Positions 13,579 to 26,408 of a stretch of DNA of 64,000 nucleotides are shown here, one piece after another. Both the position numbers and the translations under genes were made by a program. Origin of the DNA: Curvularia clavata (lineage: Eukaryota); NCBI GenBank assembly GCA_023920165.1, contig CP089274.1, forward strand, positions 1,798,001-1,862,000, read 5' to 3'. Below the pieces are notes generated by a model, which saw only the letters and a list, made by a program, of their open reading frames with translations, was not told where the DNA came from and made no database searches. Positions within the stretch are counted from its first letter, which is position 1. Every line of letters begins with the position of its first letter.

Positions 13579-15368
13579 ATGGCAGAACTTTCTCCATTAC
13601 ACGCGCCCTATTTTGCGGCCACCAAAAACCCAGAGGAAATCGCTAGACGCCTTCGCGCCGATGAAGACTTGATTGACTTACAGAAGCCATGTAGTTGGGT
13701 GGCATGGTACCTACCTGACTACGATACGGAACGCGGAAAGGCCATTGCTGCGTGCTTAACACCAAATCCTGATCTAGGCCATGAGCTGAAAAAGCTAGTC
13801 TACAACAACTTCGTCCACAGAATTCGCCGATACTTGAAGCATGACGGACCAAATGGAGCACACAATGCAGCTGTTGGAGACATGGAAGATATTGAAAAAG
13901 ACATTCTTCTGGAAGAGCTTTCGACAGCGTTGAAGGTCCTCGCGTACCTTCAAGAGAAAGCTATCATCCAGCCAGAGACCACAGCGGACTCTATCACAGC
14001 ATGGCTACAGAAGAGAGTCGTCACTCATACAGAAAATACTTCAAGCATCCCCAAGCCGCCGCCGATATCTCGCAAACGCCTCTGCTATATTTGTAGACGA
14101 GAAATTACACGGCCGTTTCCTTCTCATCCATCCATGTGTATACCCTGTGGCGCCTTCAACTATGCATCCTCTCAGATATCTGTGCCACCAAAACTGACCT
14201 TACCAGACAGTTTTACTGCCTTGGTCACTGGTGCGCGAGTCAATCTGGGCTACCATACTGTTTTACGACTACTGCGATGCGGCGCCCGAGTCATCGCTAC
14301 ATCTCGTTACCCGTTGGATGCCATCTCACGATACACAAAGGAGCCTGATTCTTATCAATGGAAGGATAGACTGAGGGTCGTGGGCGCAGACTTCCGATCT
14401 GCAAGAGATGCGTTTGAGCTAGTACATGGGGTCAAGGTAAGTCTCGAAGCTGAATAGAGTGTTGGGGACACAGACTGACTTGTTGTTTTCACATTCTGCA
14501 GCAATGTCTAGAGCAATGGGCTGACGGAGGAAAACCCCGATTATATGCATTGATTAACAATGCAGCCCAGACACTTACAGACAGTGTCAAGAAAGAAAAC
14601 CGGGCCTTAGAGCGTGAAGAGAACTTGAGAGGATGTGAGCCATACCCGGGCCTCTTGATTAAGAGGAGTTACAAACCAAGAGTCAGAGGAGGCGTAGTGC
14701 CATTAATGTTGGAAAGCGATAAAGTATATCCAAAACGCATCGATAGTCCGGAAGTCCGTGTCGACAACGTGGAATCACTAGAGCGGACACAGACGTCCGA
14801 AAATGGTGCAACAACAATAGAGCCATACACCAAATCGTCATGGGTACAAGACATGCGCGAGATCCCTTATGAAGATGTCGGTTCTGCGCTGTCCGTTAAT
14901 ACGTTTGTGCCCTTCATACTCTGCCGCGAGCTCCTCCCATTTATGGGTGTCGTTGGCCCATCACCAACGGTATCACCAGAGACTGCTGTCAAACCTCAAG
15001 GATACGTCATCAATGTCTCGTCCCGCGAAGGCATCTTTGAGGATACTACTTCATCCACAGCCAAACGGGGCAAGCACGTGCACACCAACATGTCTAAAGC
15101 GGCATTGAACATGTTGACGGAGACGGAGGCAGAGCCAGCATGGAGAACTAGGAGAGTTGCTATGAACACAGTCGATCCGGGTTACATGAGCGCAGCGCCG
15201 GAGTATAAAGATGCGTTTGGGGGCACGAGGCCGATTGGATGGGAAGATGGTGCTGGCAGGGTATTGTGGCCGATTGCTGTAGCGGAAATTGAGGGGCAAG
15301 TTATCTGGGGGCGGTTCTTGAAGCATTACGGTGCCGTGGAAGTAGATCCAGGGAGGGGGAGGGGGTGA
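13579..15368 (+). CDS. Atypical short-chain dehydrogenase/reductase with an N-terminal extension and a CxxC-x14-CxxC motif; intron 14437-14501
   Basis: Rossmann 'ALVTGARVNLG', 'LINNAAQT', 'INVSSREG', 'HTNMSKAALNM' and 'VDPGYM'. A GTAAGT...ACTGAC...CAG intron joins the two ORFs in frame. Confidence 0.88.
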
Positions 15369-16426
15369 AGTATTTTTTGTTATGGTCTGTAGGGATTTTG
15401 CCTGGTGAATACTTTAAACAAGCACGAAGGTCGTACTAAAGCCACGAGAAATTTGCGCATTTTTTCCTTTGTCTTTGAAGCAGCTAGTCAATTTTCTTCA
15501 AGCAAGGTTACACTGAAATATCCGAGTAGAAAGGCTGGTCGGTCTGTGGAACCAAGGGTTAGCCGGAACTACTCAAGTGCTGGACCGAGCGACTGTATTT
15601 CCGTTTGATGTAGGGCCTCATCGGAGCAATGGCGAAAACCATGGTTTCGAGAGTTGAATGCAGTGGAAGTGAAGTGGATGATGGCATAGCAGAACTAGAG
15701 TTGAGCATGAATTGAACCCATTCGTTATCCTTTGAACCAATTTGCTTGCACATCCTGCACAAACCCATCCGCCCTTGCATTAGCCTACCCGGGATGCTCA
15801 GACGACGTCTGGCCCCATTGAATTTCTGAGCATGTATACTCGTCGGTATTGGTAACGGGCGCGGAACCCCGGCTGCCGTATCGTTGTGTGCGAGGTCATG
15901 TGGAAGAAGAGGACAAGACGACTGGCAACCAGGGGCAGTGATATGCCATGGAGAGCACAGGCTGATGATGGTCATGCGACAGGGCGGTCCGGATGCTGGT
16001 CACGAGCAGATATTAGTCGGTTTCCAAATTCCCATTGACCGGAGTAATTTAAGCATTGAAGACGCGTGACGAGGTGTTAGGGGAGACAGGGCGTCGGATG
16101 CATAGACGCCTTTGCCGATACCAGCCCCGCGACTCTTCGACCAGCAAGCGAGCATCTCTCCAGCCTCCAGCAGGCCACTCGGTCACCACTCTGGCGCTGG
16201 TCAACGGCCCAGTCGCAATCGCACAGTTACGTTTCCGTCTGCCTGCTGTATCGTATCGCAAAGCTTCCAAGTGTCCAATCCGTTAGGCAACCATATCGCG
16301 GGGTAGGACGATACAAGCATAGCTACAATAGCTCTCGGCCAAATACACACGACAAGCAAACTGCTACCAGCAAGCTTACAAGTACGCACGCACTCACACA
16401 CACATACATTCACACAAAAACACACC

Positions 16427-17062
16427 ATGGCGTCCTTCTTTGAGCAGCTGTGGGAGTCCATCTTCACTCCAGGACCGACTCCTACCCTTCTTGTCGCAAC
16501 AAACGCCTCCTTCGCCGCGCTCCAGCTTCTCCTCTTCGTCATGCTCCTTGCCACCTACAGCATACACTTTGCCATTCTGTCTCTTCTATGTGGAGGTCTC
16601 TGGTGGTCAATCAACTGGTTCGCCGCAGAAATCCGGGCGGCGCAGGCAAAGGAAGAGGAGGCGAAGCGCATCCGCGAAGCTAGAAGAGGCACAAAGGAGA
16701 AGAGTGGCGGCGGAGATGGTGAGGCCATGGACTCAGGCGACGACACTGAGGTCGACACAGAGGTTGAACAAAAGGAGGCGCTGAAGCCGAAGCCCAAAGC
16801 ATTTGGTGGGCCGCGTCCTGAGGCACAGAGCACCGTATTTGTGGACAGGCCAGAAGGCAGTGGTGCAGCCAGCGTACCACAGGCTTCTGTCGCAGCTAGC
16901 AGTCAGGGACGTCCTACTTCGAGCACTACAGGCGCAACTACAGGGCTTGCGGCACCAGCCGACGAGGCGATGAAGCGGAGGAAGGGCATGGCAGAGTCGA
17001 CGGGCGATTTGTCTACGGATAGCGAATGGGACAAGCTGTCGGAGGACTCCGAGGACAGATGA
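16427..17062 (+). CDS. PKR1: ER membrane V-ATPase assembly factor Pkr1
   Basis: N-terminus 'FFEQLWESIFTPGPTPTLLVATNASF' and two TM helices with 'SIHF...GLWWSINWF' are characteristic of Pkr1. Start context is accATGG. Confidence 0.92.
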   Translation: MASFFEQLWESIFTPGPTPTLLVATNASFAALQLLLFVMLLATYSIHFAILSLLCGGLWWSINWFAAEIRAAQAKEEEAKRIREARRGTKEKSGGGDGEAMDSGDDTEVDTEVEQKEALKPKPKAFGGPRPEAQSTVFVDRPEGSGAASVPQASVAASSQGRPTSSTTGATTGLAAPADEAMKRRKGMAESTGDLSTDSEWDKLSEDSEDR

Positions 17063-17584
17063 AGATGCCACTGTTTTCTTGCGAGCTTTTCGATATGGTT
17101 TTGTTTGTCATTGAATGCTAGACGTGATTAGACTGTGCATCCGTACCCCAATGTCATGCCACGTGATTACGCGCTGCGTTGCTTTGTACCCTGCATATCG
17201 AGGCGTGTATTTGCCTCTCCTGCAAGAGAAGTGTGCTTTCCTACTCTGCATGCTGCGGCTGGTCATGTCCAAGCTCTGGTGTCGCATTCAATGAATGTGC
17301 TTTGTATTGCTTGCTGGTTTGTTTGTGTGCTTGATGGCATGCCCTTCTGGCCGTACCGCTCTCCACCGCCTATCCGCCCGCCTGCCCCGCGCAAGTCTCC
17401 CGCGACACCCATCACAGTGCCCAGATAGCCAACATACCCAAACACACTGCTGGATACCCACCGCCATATGTTACTGATGACGACGCGTTGGCCTGACCCG
17501 CACCGATAGCGGCTTCGTCCCATGTCTAAGCTGTTGCCTTGAACCTCCTACTCGCGCGCATACTTCGCACCAGTTTCCTCTGCC

Positions 17585-19372
17585 ATGGCTACCATCAACA
17601 CGCCTGTGAGCGTCGCAGAAGTGACGGAACAGGCAGGAAACTATACCTATGACTCCCATATTCCCCTGGCCAACTGGCTGCGTACAGCCAGTACCATGCA
17701 GAAAGAGGTGTGTTGCTAGGCCCTGCCCAAGGTGCACATGCTCACCAATTCCCCAGGCCCAAGTCTACGAAACAGAAGGCAATGACGCGCAGACCTACCT
17801 CCTACTATATCGCCATGCGGACCTTGTCCTCCAGAAACTACAGGGCCATCCGGACCGCAACAAGCCCGAGAATCGCAAAGCGCTGAATGCTGCCACAGCT
17901 GCCGTCAATCGCGACCTGAAGAAGCTCGAGGAAATAGCACCTCGGATCAAGAAGAGACATGAAGAATATGAGGCAAGACGAAAGAGGCAGCAAGAGGCAC
18001 TCAAGAATCTAGAAGGCAAGAGTGCCAACTCCGTTCCTCACGAACCTGACGGACAGCGTCTCACCCCAGGGTCAAGGAGAAGGTCATATGATTCGAGACG
18101 GACCATCGACGCGCGCGCACAAGAGAACCATTCTCTGGCTGCAAGATTAGCGCAGCGAGAAGTGAGGAGGAGAGATGCCAACAAAAGAAGCGTGCGACAG
18201 CATGGTGTGTCGGAAGCGGAAGAGCTGGTGCGACGATCTGGCGGTGCCTGGGACAGTTGGCAGGACGAGTTAGCGCAGCAAGCCGACGACAGGGAAGACA
18301 TCTCAAATCAGCTACAGGAGGTTGCAAGACTGCAGCAGAACGGTCGTAGAACCTCTTCCTCATCTGTACGTTAAGGCTTGCCACTATCTCTTCGTCTTTC
18401 GTACTGACAAATCCAGCGTCCGACGTCTCAATCTACAACTCCGTATCATTACCCGACCGTTCCTCACAAAACAATACAGCAGGCGTGGACCGACTCCCAA
18501 CCAAGTAGCACAGCCCCAGCTCGACCTCCAAAGGAACAAATATACAGATCATCGGGTATGCCAGCAGCGCCTCCACCTGTGCCTCCTAAGCCTACAGCCT
18601 CTCCGTACGATTCCCGATTCGAACATCCACGCCCTCCACCAGTGCCGGGCAAATTTTCCGAAAGTGTACCGCCATTGCCAGCCAAGGTACATGACCAGCG
18701 CCCACCTACTCCTTCCGGGGAACTCGACGAATTTACCTTCAAGCCCTCAGCCTTTCTTGAGAATGGGGATCCACTTCGTCCAGTCTTTCTGCCATCCCAA
18801 CTGCGCCATCAATTCCTCTCTCTTGCATCGTCCAATACACGTCTCAATCTCGAAACGTGTGGTATGCTATGTGGAATCTTGAAATCCAATGCGCTCTTCA
18901 TTACGCGCTTGATCATTCCCGAACAGACGAGTACTAGCGACACATGCGAGACCCTGAATGAGGAAGAGCTCTTCGATTATTGCGACAAAGAGGAACTGAT
19001 GGTGCTAGGCTGGATACATACACATCCGACACAGACATGTTTTATGAGCAGTAGAGATCTACACACTCACGTTGGATACCAAGTTATGATGCCGGAAAGC
19101 ATTGCTATTGTGTGTGCACCGACAAAGCAGCCTAGGTATGATATTCCAAGTCCTTGATTTCCTAGTAGTACTAACCACGTCGCAGCTGGGGCTGCTTCCG
19201 TCTCACTGATCCGCCAGGTAAACAAGCAATCCTTAACTGCTCTCGTCCTGGCATCTTTCACCCTCATGATGTTGATAACATATACACTGAAGCACTAAAA
19301 CCTGGACACGTAGTTGAGCTTACCGATGCCCCTTTGGAGCTTGTTGATATGAGACCTAAAAAGACGTTCTAG
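17585..19372 (+). CDS. sst2: AMSH/STAMBP-like endosomal JAMM deubiquitinase; introns 17708-17756, 18366-18416, 19136-19185
   Basis: N-terminal MIT/USP8-like domain (AYLLLYRHA-like), 'ETCGMLCG', the JAMM motif 'GWIHTHPTQTCFMSSRDLHTH' and 'FRLTDPPG'. The canonical introns restore frame. Confidence 0.93.
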
Positions 19373-21454
19373 ACTGCGCATTTTCAGAGGCTGTTGCGAC
19401 AGGTAAAAAGCAATGGAGCGTATTGCAGAAATGTCGGATTGCATAGCGAGGTGTCTTGGAGTACGAACTGGGGTGTCTACGAATAGATTTTCTTGTTTGC
19501 ATGCTGGAGTTAGTCGAATACTACACGATATTCATATAAGGGATGGAAGTCTCTCTAAAGAGAATGATGTCAGTTAGATATCTTACAGCATCAGACTCCT
19601 GTCTCACAACTGCCCTTGAGCAACACCACGTGATAAGATAGCTATAGACCTGGTGCAGCTATGCACAACTCTCATGCTATGCATACCCGATAATCTACGA
19701 GTGAACGCTGTACCTAGCAGCCTATACGCACACATGGCCGTGTTCTCACCTAGCGACTCCCGAGCATTCTACACGCCAAGTCCACCTGATACAACCACTG
19801 GTACGCTATCCTGGTCCACGGAGTTCTTTCATGCATATTCCCTGTTATCCTGGGCTCATATGACGCAAACCTTGCATCGAGTGTGCTTGTCCTACCAACC
19901 CTTTTCTTCCCTCTGCTTCATGTCTTTTCACCAGGTGTTTGTATCTGTGTAGAGTCGTGTGATACATTGGTACGTACATGTGTATAATAAGGCTGGGGTG
20001 AAGGTGTAGTTGCAAGACGCTAGGCAGGTGTTTGCTTTTGAGAGATTGTTCCACGCACATACAATCTAGCATTGAGAGAGGGGTTGTGTCAGGAGAAGTT
20101 CGGTAGTATGTTTTGCTTGTTTGACCCTTCCTTGTTCTTCGAGTACCTGAGGGTGCGGGGAAATTATGCATTTGCATGAAGGTTTCCTTGGGAAAAGATA
20201 AGGCGGGGAAAAAGAAGAAAAGGTACATGTTTGCGATTGGAAGTGCAAACCATATCGACATGGACGCACGATGTGGAGTTTGTAGGCTTGAGGTAACGGA
20301 TGTATCTCCTCGCACATACGTTTTCATGCTGGGCTTTGCGAACCAGTTGAATTAGCCATAGAGCATTTTTCCTAGAATACTTTACAAGGGTTTGTATTCC
20401 TGTCCAGGGCCGACAATGTCCCTGCACAATATCGATCTGTTGTGTATAGCGAAAATGAAACCACCTACCTACCAAATGCAATGAAAACAAGGCGGGAAAA
20501 CACCAAACTACGGCGCGTCATCGGTACCGAGAGCTTCCTCTTCTCTCCGACCCCACGTGGGAAAAGCATCAAGGACAAGCCTCAGCCCAATACCCGCCAC
20601 CCCGCAACCCCCTTGCTCTGACCGAACACCTTTTTGTCAAATGCATAATAGTTTCGCACCCACATTGCCTGCGATCGTCTACGTCATCATCGCGGAAAAG
20701 AGCCTAACGATTTGGTCCGATAAGCCCAGATCCCCTGATATGGGAAGGGGATGCGGCTATGCGTTGTTTATCTGTGCGTGCCGGGACCCGAGAAGAACGG
20801 CACCCGAAATAATGTCGGGAGATCGACGCAATGGCTATTATGGTTCTCGTTCACCACACATAACAAGCACTTAGGAAAAGATAGTTTGCTGTACAAGGTC
20901 TGTAAGGTGGAAACAGTTTATTCAAGAAACAGTCTGCCTGAAACAGGATTCTTCTTTGCACTTTGCTCGCTTTTCCATGCCTTTCAGTTGGGTGAGGTGA
21001 GCTGAGGGCATTACTCGAAAAATTGATGCACAGAATCGCAGTCGCAACTACGGAGGTTTGGTTAGTGTATTTTTTTTTAGGAACAAAGGAACCATTGAAA
21101 ACCCATTTTGACTTTTTTGGCCTTTCAGGTCTGTACCATGGGGTGTGGGGATCGAGTTTGGCAGGTTTTTTTCACTGCCTTGTTTGCATTTGGATGTAGC
21201 GGGTGTTTTGTGGTTTAGCCCACCCTGGCGATCTCGGCATGATCCGAGGGTATAAGGCCGAACTATATGAAAAAAGTTGGCCCATGATCGAGATCGGAAG
21301 ATGTGATAATGTAATTTGTGGGATTTCTTGATACGACTGGATTTGGGTGAGTAGTGCTTGCATAACCAAGGCTATGATTGAAGCTATCATGTTTGTTGCG
21401 AGTTGGAACTTGCATTATCAATAACTGCAAGTAGTCTGTAGTTTGTGAAAGCGT

Positions 21455-21482
21455 TCCCGTACTCCCGTACTCCCGTACTCCC
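21455..21482. repeat. (TCCCGTAC)3.5 tandem repeat
   Basis: Read directly. Confidence 0.85.
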
Positions 21483-23222
21483 ACACTTCCACAACCAAAA
21501 AAACGTAACATCGGGTCGGTGCTGAAATCGGCAAGACACAGCCTACATGAGGTATGTCAAGTCCCCTCCCGATAGCCGTAAACCAGCCGCGTGGCTTTTC
21601 TTTCCTTCTACGTTGTTCTTGGCTAGCGACGAAGCCCACGGGCCCATGAACACAAATCGGGGATGAGTCGGGGATGAGTCTCAGACGAAAAAAAAAATGG
21701 GTCTCTCATGGCTGGGCTGAGAAAGTTTGTCGGCGCCATGGTTAGGTGCCGTTGTTGACTTCCGCTCAGGGACATTGGCGACGAAGTGGAGATTTTGAAT
21801 AATGGAATTTGCAGGCATGCCCTCCGGTGATTGCGTGCAAGCTCGAGTGATCTGCTTGGACATGTGATGGTCTGACGATTTTGTTTCTTTCCCAAAACAG
21901 CAAAAGACCAATGAAGGTTCTCTTGTACATTTTCGACAGCATTGAAAGATATGCGTATAGGATAAGCTGCGGCATATTCGCGCAAGCATTCGTTGGCATA
22001 AGACTAGGATGCTTTACGTCCCAATTCTCTGGTACCGAGAGGTGATGCGCAGCGGGGGAGGAGAGGGGATGGTAAGGCTACACCTCTCTCAGCGACCTAG
22101 CTAGATCCTCCCCAAATCCAGACACGACATTTGATGATTTTGATACGGCTGGAAGTCGTGCTTATGCTGCTTTTCGATGCCGTATCCGCAAGTCAATTGG
22201 GCTGTATTAAGATTCTTCGCAGACTCGCTCAACACCAGCTTGCTACAGCCGCTGCAGGTCAGGTCTGTGCTTGACGATGACGTTGTGCTAAGAACGGTAG
22301 CGTTCCGCTCCGAGTATTCGAGTGTCAGGAACTTACGCACGCAAGTTTGCAAGTATCACGTGCATTTAGTGCAGTAAGCGCAGTAGGTGCAGACAAGGAA
22401 CGGTGTTGAGAACGGCTACGTACGCCCTGAGGGAGCCAGAGTGACGACGTCGCACGGAGATAACTCCAGAGTATCTGGTGAGGTCGGCATTTGGTACTTG
22501 ACGTCAATAATAGCATCTTTTCAAAGCATATGCGTTTCTTGTGTTTGACATGTTTGCCGTAAAAATTTCGAGACGTGCCGGATATCCTCTTCATGCGAGG
22601 ACACGTCAAGAACTCTCTCAAGGTGACTACCCAACGCTGGAGTTATGTGGACTTGGCAAGGGACAACGTCACAATAATGTATAGCAGCCTGTCTGTCTGC
22701 TTAACCCCGGAGCAAAGACCTTTTCGAACATTCGAAATCATCGTGTTGATACACTCAAGCGACCATTGCGTCGCAGATTTGTTGCCTCAGGGCGTGTGGG
22801 TTCCGTTCAATGCAGACGTGAGGTCCGAATTGGCTTTGCGGTAGATCCCAGAATGGCGTGACTTTCGGTGGCTTTCAGGCTACAGGCTTAGTGACTGTGA
22901 ACTACATCGGCTGTGACGTCGTGCAATGCGTGAACCGAGTACCGAAGCGACGTGACGCCCAGACCTCTAATGGTACATCCAGCAATCAGAGTGTCACGAC
23001 GCACTGGATGGATACCAAAACACAGACTAATGGTGAAAGGCCGAAAAAAAGTACTGTGAGTGAGAAGTGGAAGAAAGGCGTTTCAGTACTGCTGGCCATG
23101 GAAAGAAGGAAGTCGTCATTGAATATTATTCTTTTGCATTCATTGGCTAAGCGACTTTTTTTGCAGCTCAGTGCGAGCTGCGATCCAGATGAATACATGC
23201 CCTACCTAGAACGTAGCATGCC

Positions 23223-24276
23223 CTATGCGTGCCAACCGCGGTAGACTATCTTGGTGCCGTACTTCTGACCTTTTTTGAGTACCATCATAGACTTGTACTC
23301 GGGGACGTTGATGGCGTTCACGTATCGGCTGGGCTCGACACAGAAACCAGAACGGGCGCGGCGGGCTGGCAGGTCACCTACTGCGGGCACATCGATGTAC
23401 TTTCCAGTGTAGAACTGGAATGCTGGTTCAGTAGAATGGACCTCGAGGTGGATCTTGCTCTCTGGGTGGTAGAAGGCCGCAAGCTTCTGCAGAGGCAGAG
23501 AGCGGGTATCGATAGGTACACTGCTGGGATCGGTGTTGACAACAAAGCAGTCGTCAATGTCAGGCTCCTTTTCGCCAAGAGTGAAAGTCTTTTGAGGACT
23601 GACACCAGGGTACTCTTCGATAGGTCCTGTGGGGATACCTCCATTATCGACAACCTGGTATTTGTTTGTAATGAGAGTGACATCTGTGCCTGCGATAGAA
23701 GCTCCCTCGGTTAAGTTGAAGTAACTCGACGGTTTTTAGCATCGTAGCTCATGTGTATTGGTCTGTGAGAGCTCACCTGTGGTTGGTCATGTTGATAGCA
23801 GTCTCCTCGACTTCATCGCCGACGAGTTCAGCCTCATACTCGATATGCAAGACCTCTTGTTGGGCACCGTTTACTTGCTCCTTCTCTTGAACATACCACA
23901 CACTTACTTGCACGGTACCAGGGTAGCCCTCCTCTCCGTTCCTGCTTAGGTACTTGAAAAGGGTGGCTTCCTTGCCGTTGCGGTCAACAGTAGTGGGGCC
24001 TTCAAACTCCCGCTTTCCCCAGCCCATGTTTCCACCATGAAGAGAGTTGGAACCATCATTGACTGGTAGTTGGTACGACTGCCCGTTTAGGTCATTGATC
24101 TTCGCGTTGGACACGCGATTGGCTACGCGACCAATGGTCTCACCAAAGAATGGCGCATTGTATTGCTTGTACAGCTCAGCCGAAGGAAAGCCCTGCACAA
24201 TGTTCTTTCCATTTACATGGAATTTCTGGATAATGGCGCCCAGTGGCAGGAAGGTAAAGGCCTTGATCGACGACAT
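23223..24276 (-). CDS. Aldose 1-epimerase (galactose mutarotase-like); intron 23725-23776
   Basis: 'GETIGRVANR', 'SLHGG', 'EEGYPG', spliced 'MTNHSYFNL', 'FQFYTG' and 'GFCVEPSRYVNA'. Confidence 0.93.
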
Positions 24277-25280
24277 GGTGCAATAGAAATGTGGCAAGAC
24301 TGAATGGGCAGGAGAAACGGCCAGCTTGTGGTCTAGATCGGTTGCGTCAGCTGCAAGGTTGGAATATGGTTGATGGACGCCGCCGTCGCAGCCAGGTCTG
24401 GTGAGGTCTGGCGTGGTGAAATGAGGGGTACAATGTCCAGATGCGGGGCTACAGCAGGACCGCTACTCACCTCAGCTGAAGGTCTGGGATGTGGATGTGG
24501 CTTTAGTGTGTCCTTGAAAGTAAGCTCAGGCGGCCAAGTTTCTTTCAATAGCCTTTGTGAATGGCGGGAGTGATTGAAAAAGAAAAAAAAAGAAAAACAG
24601 ACGCTCCGCAGATCCAACTTGGATACATATGTGCTGATTTATTAGGCTAATGAGGCGGTGGAGCAACCGTAGGTAGATAACCATTTCTGCCGCTATTCAC
24701 CACGGGTGCAATCTGCTTCGTTTGTGAGTACAGCCACGACATGTCGGGTGGAATGCCGTATTGAGACGCCGATGGGCTCTGGGCGTGAATGTGTGGTTGT
24801 GCCAAGGCATGTGAGGAGTTAGAGCGGTGGATTCGCCCGCTGGGAACCATTAGTAAGCAGCATCTCAAGCGCGCACATTAGATTTTCCGATGGTCATTGA
24901 GGCCAAGAAACGTCATGGTTGAAACAAATAGTGGAATTAAAATATTTACAACATCATGTACAAGGAAGAACCTTAGCGTCCGCCCCGTGGTCGCCCCTGA
25001 TGCGCCTGCTGTCAAACAAAACAAAGTGCCGATCCGCGGAGTCATGCTGCAGCTATGCCCGGCACAGCGATTCACGTCATGGTGAAACGTTGAAGACTTT
25101 GAGTGTTGTAGTACATGTCGAAAATTCAGTAATTTTTCAGAGGATCATGCAACGCCGGCCTGCTAAACGCCGATGGCTATGGCCCGAACCTAAACGCCGT
25201 GAAGGAGCAAGAGGTATCCCAGAACGCTTGAACGCTAAACAAGATGGAAGAGGGAAGCGGAGTTGGCTCCGGACCAATAA

Positions 25281-26285
25281 TCACGCGCCCACTGGGTTCT
25301 GAATGAAGCTGCTGAAATCCAATTCACTATGCGTATTCCAGTCGGGCATCATTGGGTCGTTTGGGCTTATCGCAACCGTGTCTACCATCATGTTCTGGTC
25401 GTACGTGGCAAAGTTGTCGAATCCGTACATGGGCTTGAAGTCGATTGTGTCGTCCATCATCATCGAGTCGTTCATCCATGGCGCGCGCGAAAGTACAGCG
25501 GGATCCATAACACTGCTACCCATGAAAGTTGGTGAGGCCATTACCGTCTCTTGCTTGATCGGCGAGATTGTTTGCGACTGCTGGGGAAACGGGCTGTTCA
25601 TGGGCGGTGTTGGTGGAGCATTGTGGCGGGCAAATGGACTTTCGTACACAAGCGACCTGGTAGTCGGTGTTCCGTTGTATGAAGAGTTGGAGGAAGCGTG
25701 GCCGTGGTCGGATTCTGAGCTGACCGAGGCTCGTCTCTGAGTAAATGGGGCACCTCCTTCAATCAATCTTTGCTGCATACGATTGCAATCTTCCTCGAAT
25801 CCTTCGTAATGGTTGCTGCTGTCACCAGGGGCATGCAGAAGATCTAGGCGTTCCAAAATGTCATGGGTCAGAGGATGACCACCTGCTGTTTCTTGCAATG
25901 GCTGTCCAGGCCAACTCTCGCCTCGCTGGAGGCGGCTGTAAAGTTCCCGGAGACCAGCAACCAATTGTCCTTGTTGTTGCTCAAGCATCTCGACGTATCT
26001 GACTCTCATGTCAGTTTGGGAAACGAGCAAAGGTTGAACAAAACAAGAATAGCAGGAACGTACCCTTTAGGATATACTTTGTCTTGAGACTTCTTTCGCT
26101 CTCCAAAAACGCAGATGGCGTTGTCAGCTTTACAGCGACTGCAGGGGCTTGCACCGTCACACTAGTCCTGTTAGGTTCACGATTGCGACGCCATGCTTTG
26201 GAGCTGGATTTACCTTTGATTTTTTCAAACGGCAGCGGTCGCAAGCTTTGCATACTCGCTTTCGGATGTTGTCTTGAGCCTCCAT
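25281..26285 (-). CDS. FCR1: Zn(II)2Cys6 transcription factor, Fcr1 (fluconazole resistance protein 1)-like; introns 26162-26213, 25999-26063
   Basis: Spliced 'RVCKACDRCRLKKSKCDGASPCSRCKADNAICVF', followed by 'YVEMLEQQQ...HPLTHDILERL'. A probable 5'-UTR intron lies at about 26296-26376, and the start codon could be further upstream. Confidence 0.88.
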
Positions 26286-26376
26286 TGAGTCTGACCTGTG
26301 GGGTGACATGTGGACTGGTTATGTGGAGAAGGGCGGTAACTAAGAGACGAAGCAGGCAGAAGACTCGTGTAGGTAC

Positions 26377-26381
<5 letters not shown>

Positions 26382-26407
<26 letters not shown>
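26382..26407. repeat. (TG)13 microsatellite in the 5' region of the Zn2Cys6 gene
   Basis: Read directly. Confidence 0.95.

Positions 26408-26408
<1 letters not shown>

Noticed and set aside
15559..15975. 138-aa minus-strand ORF containing a 9-bp inverted repeat (ATGCTCAGA/TCTGAGCAT)
   Set aside because: No recognisable protein features, and a single short stem is not significant on its own.
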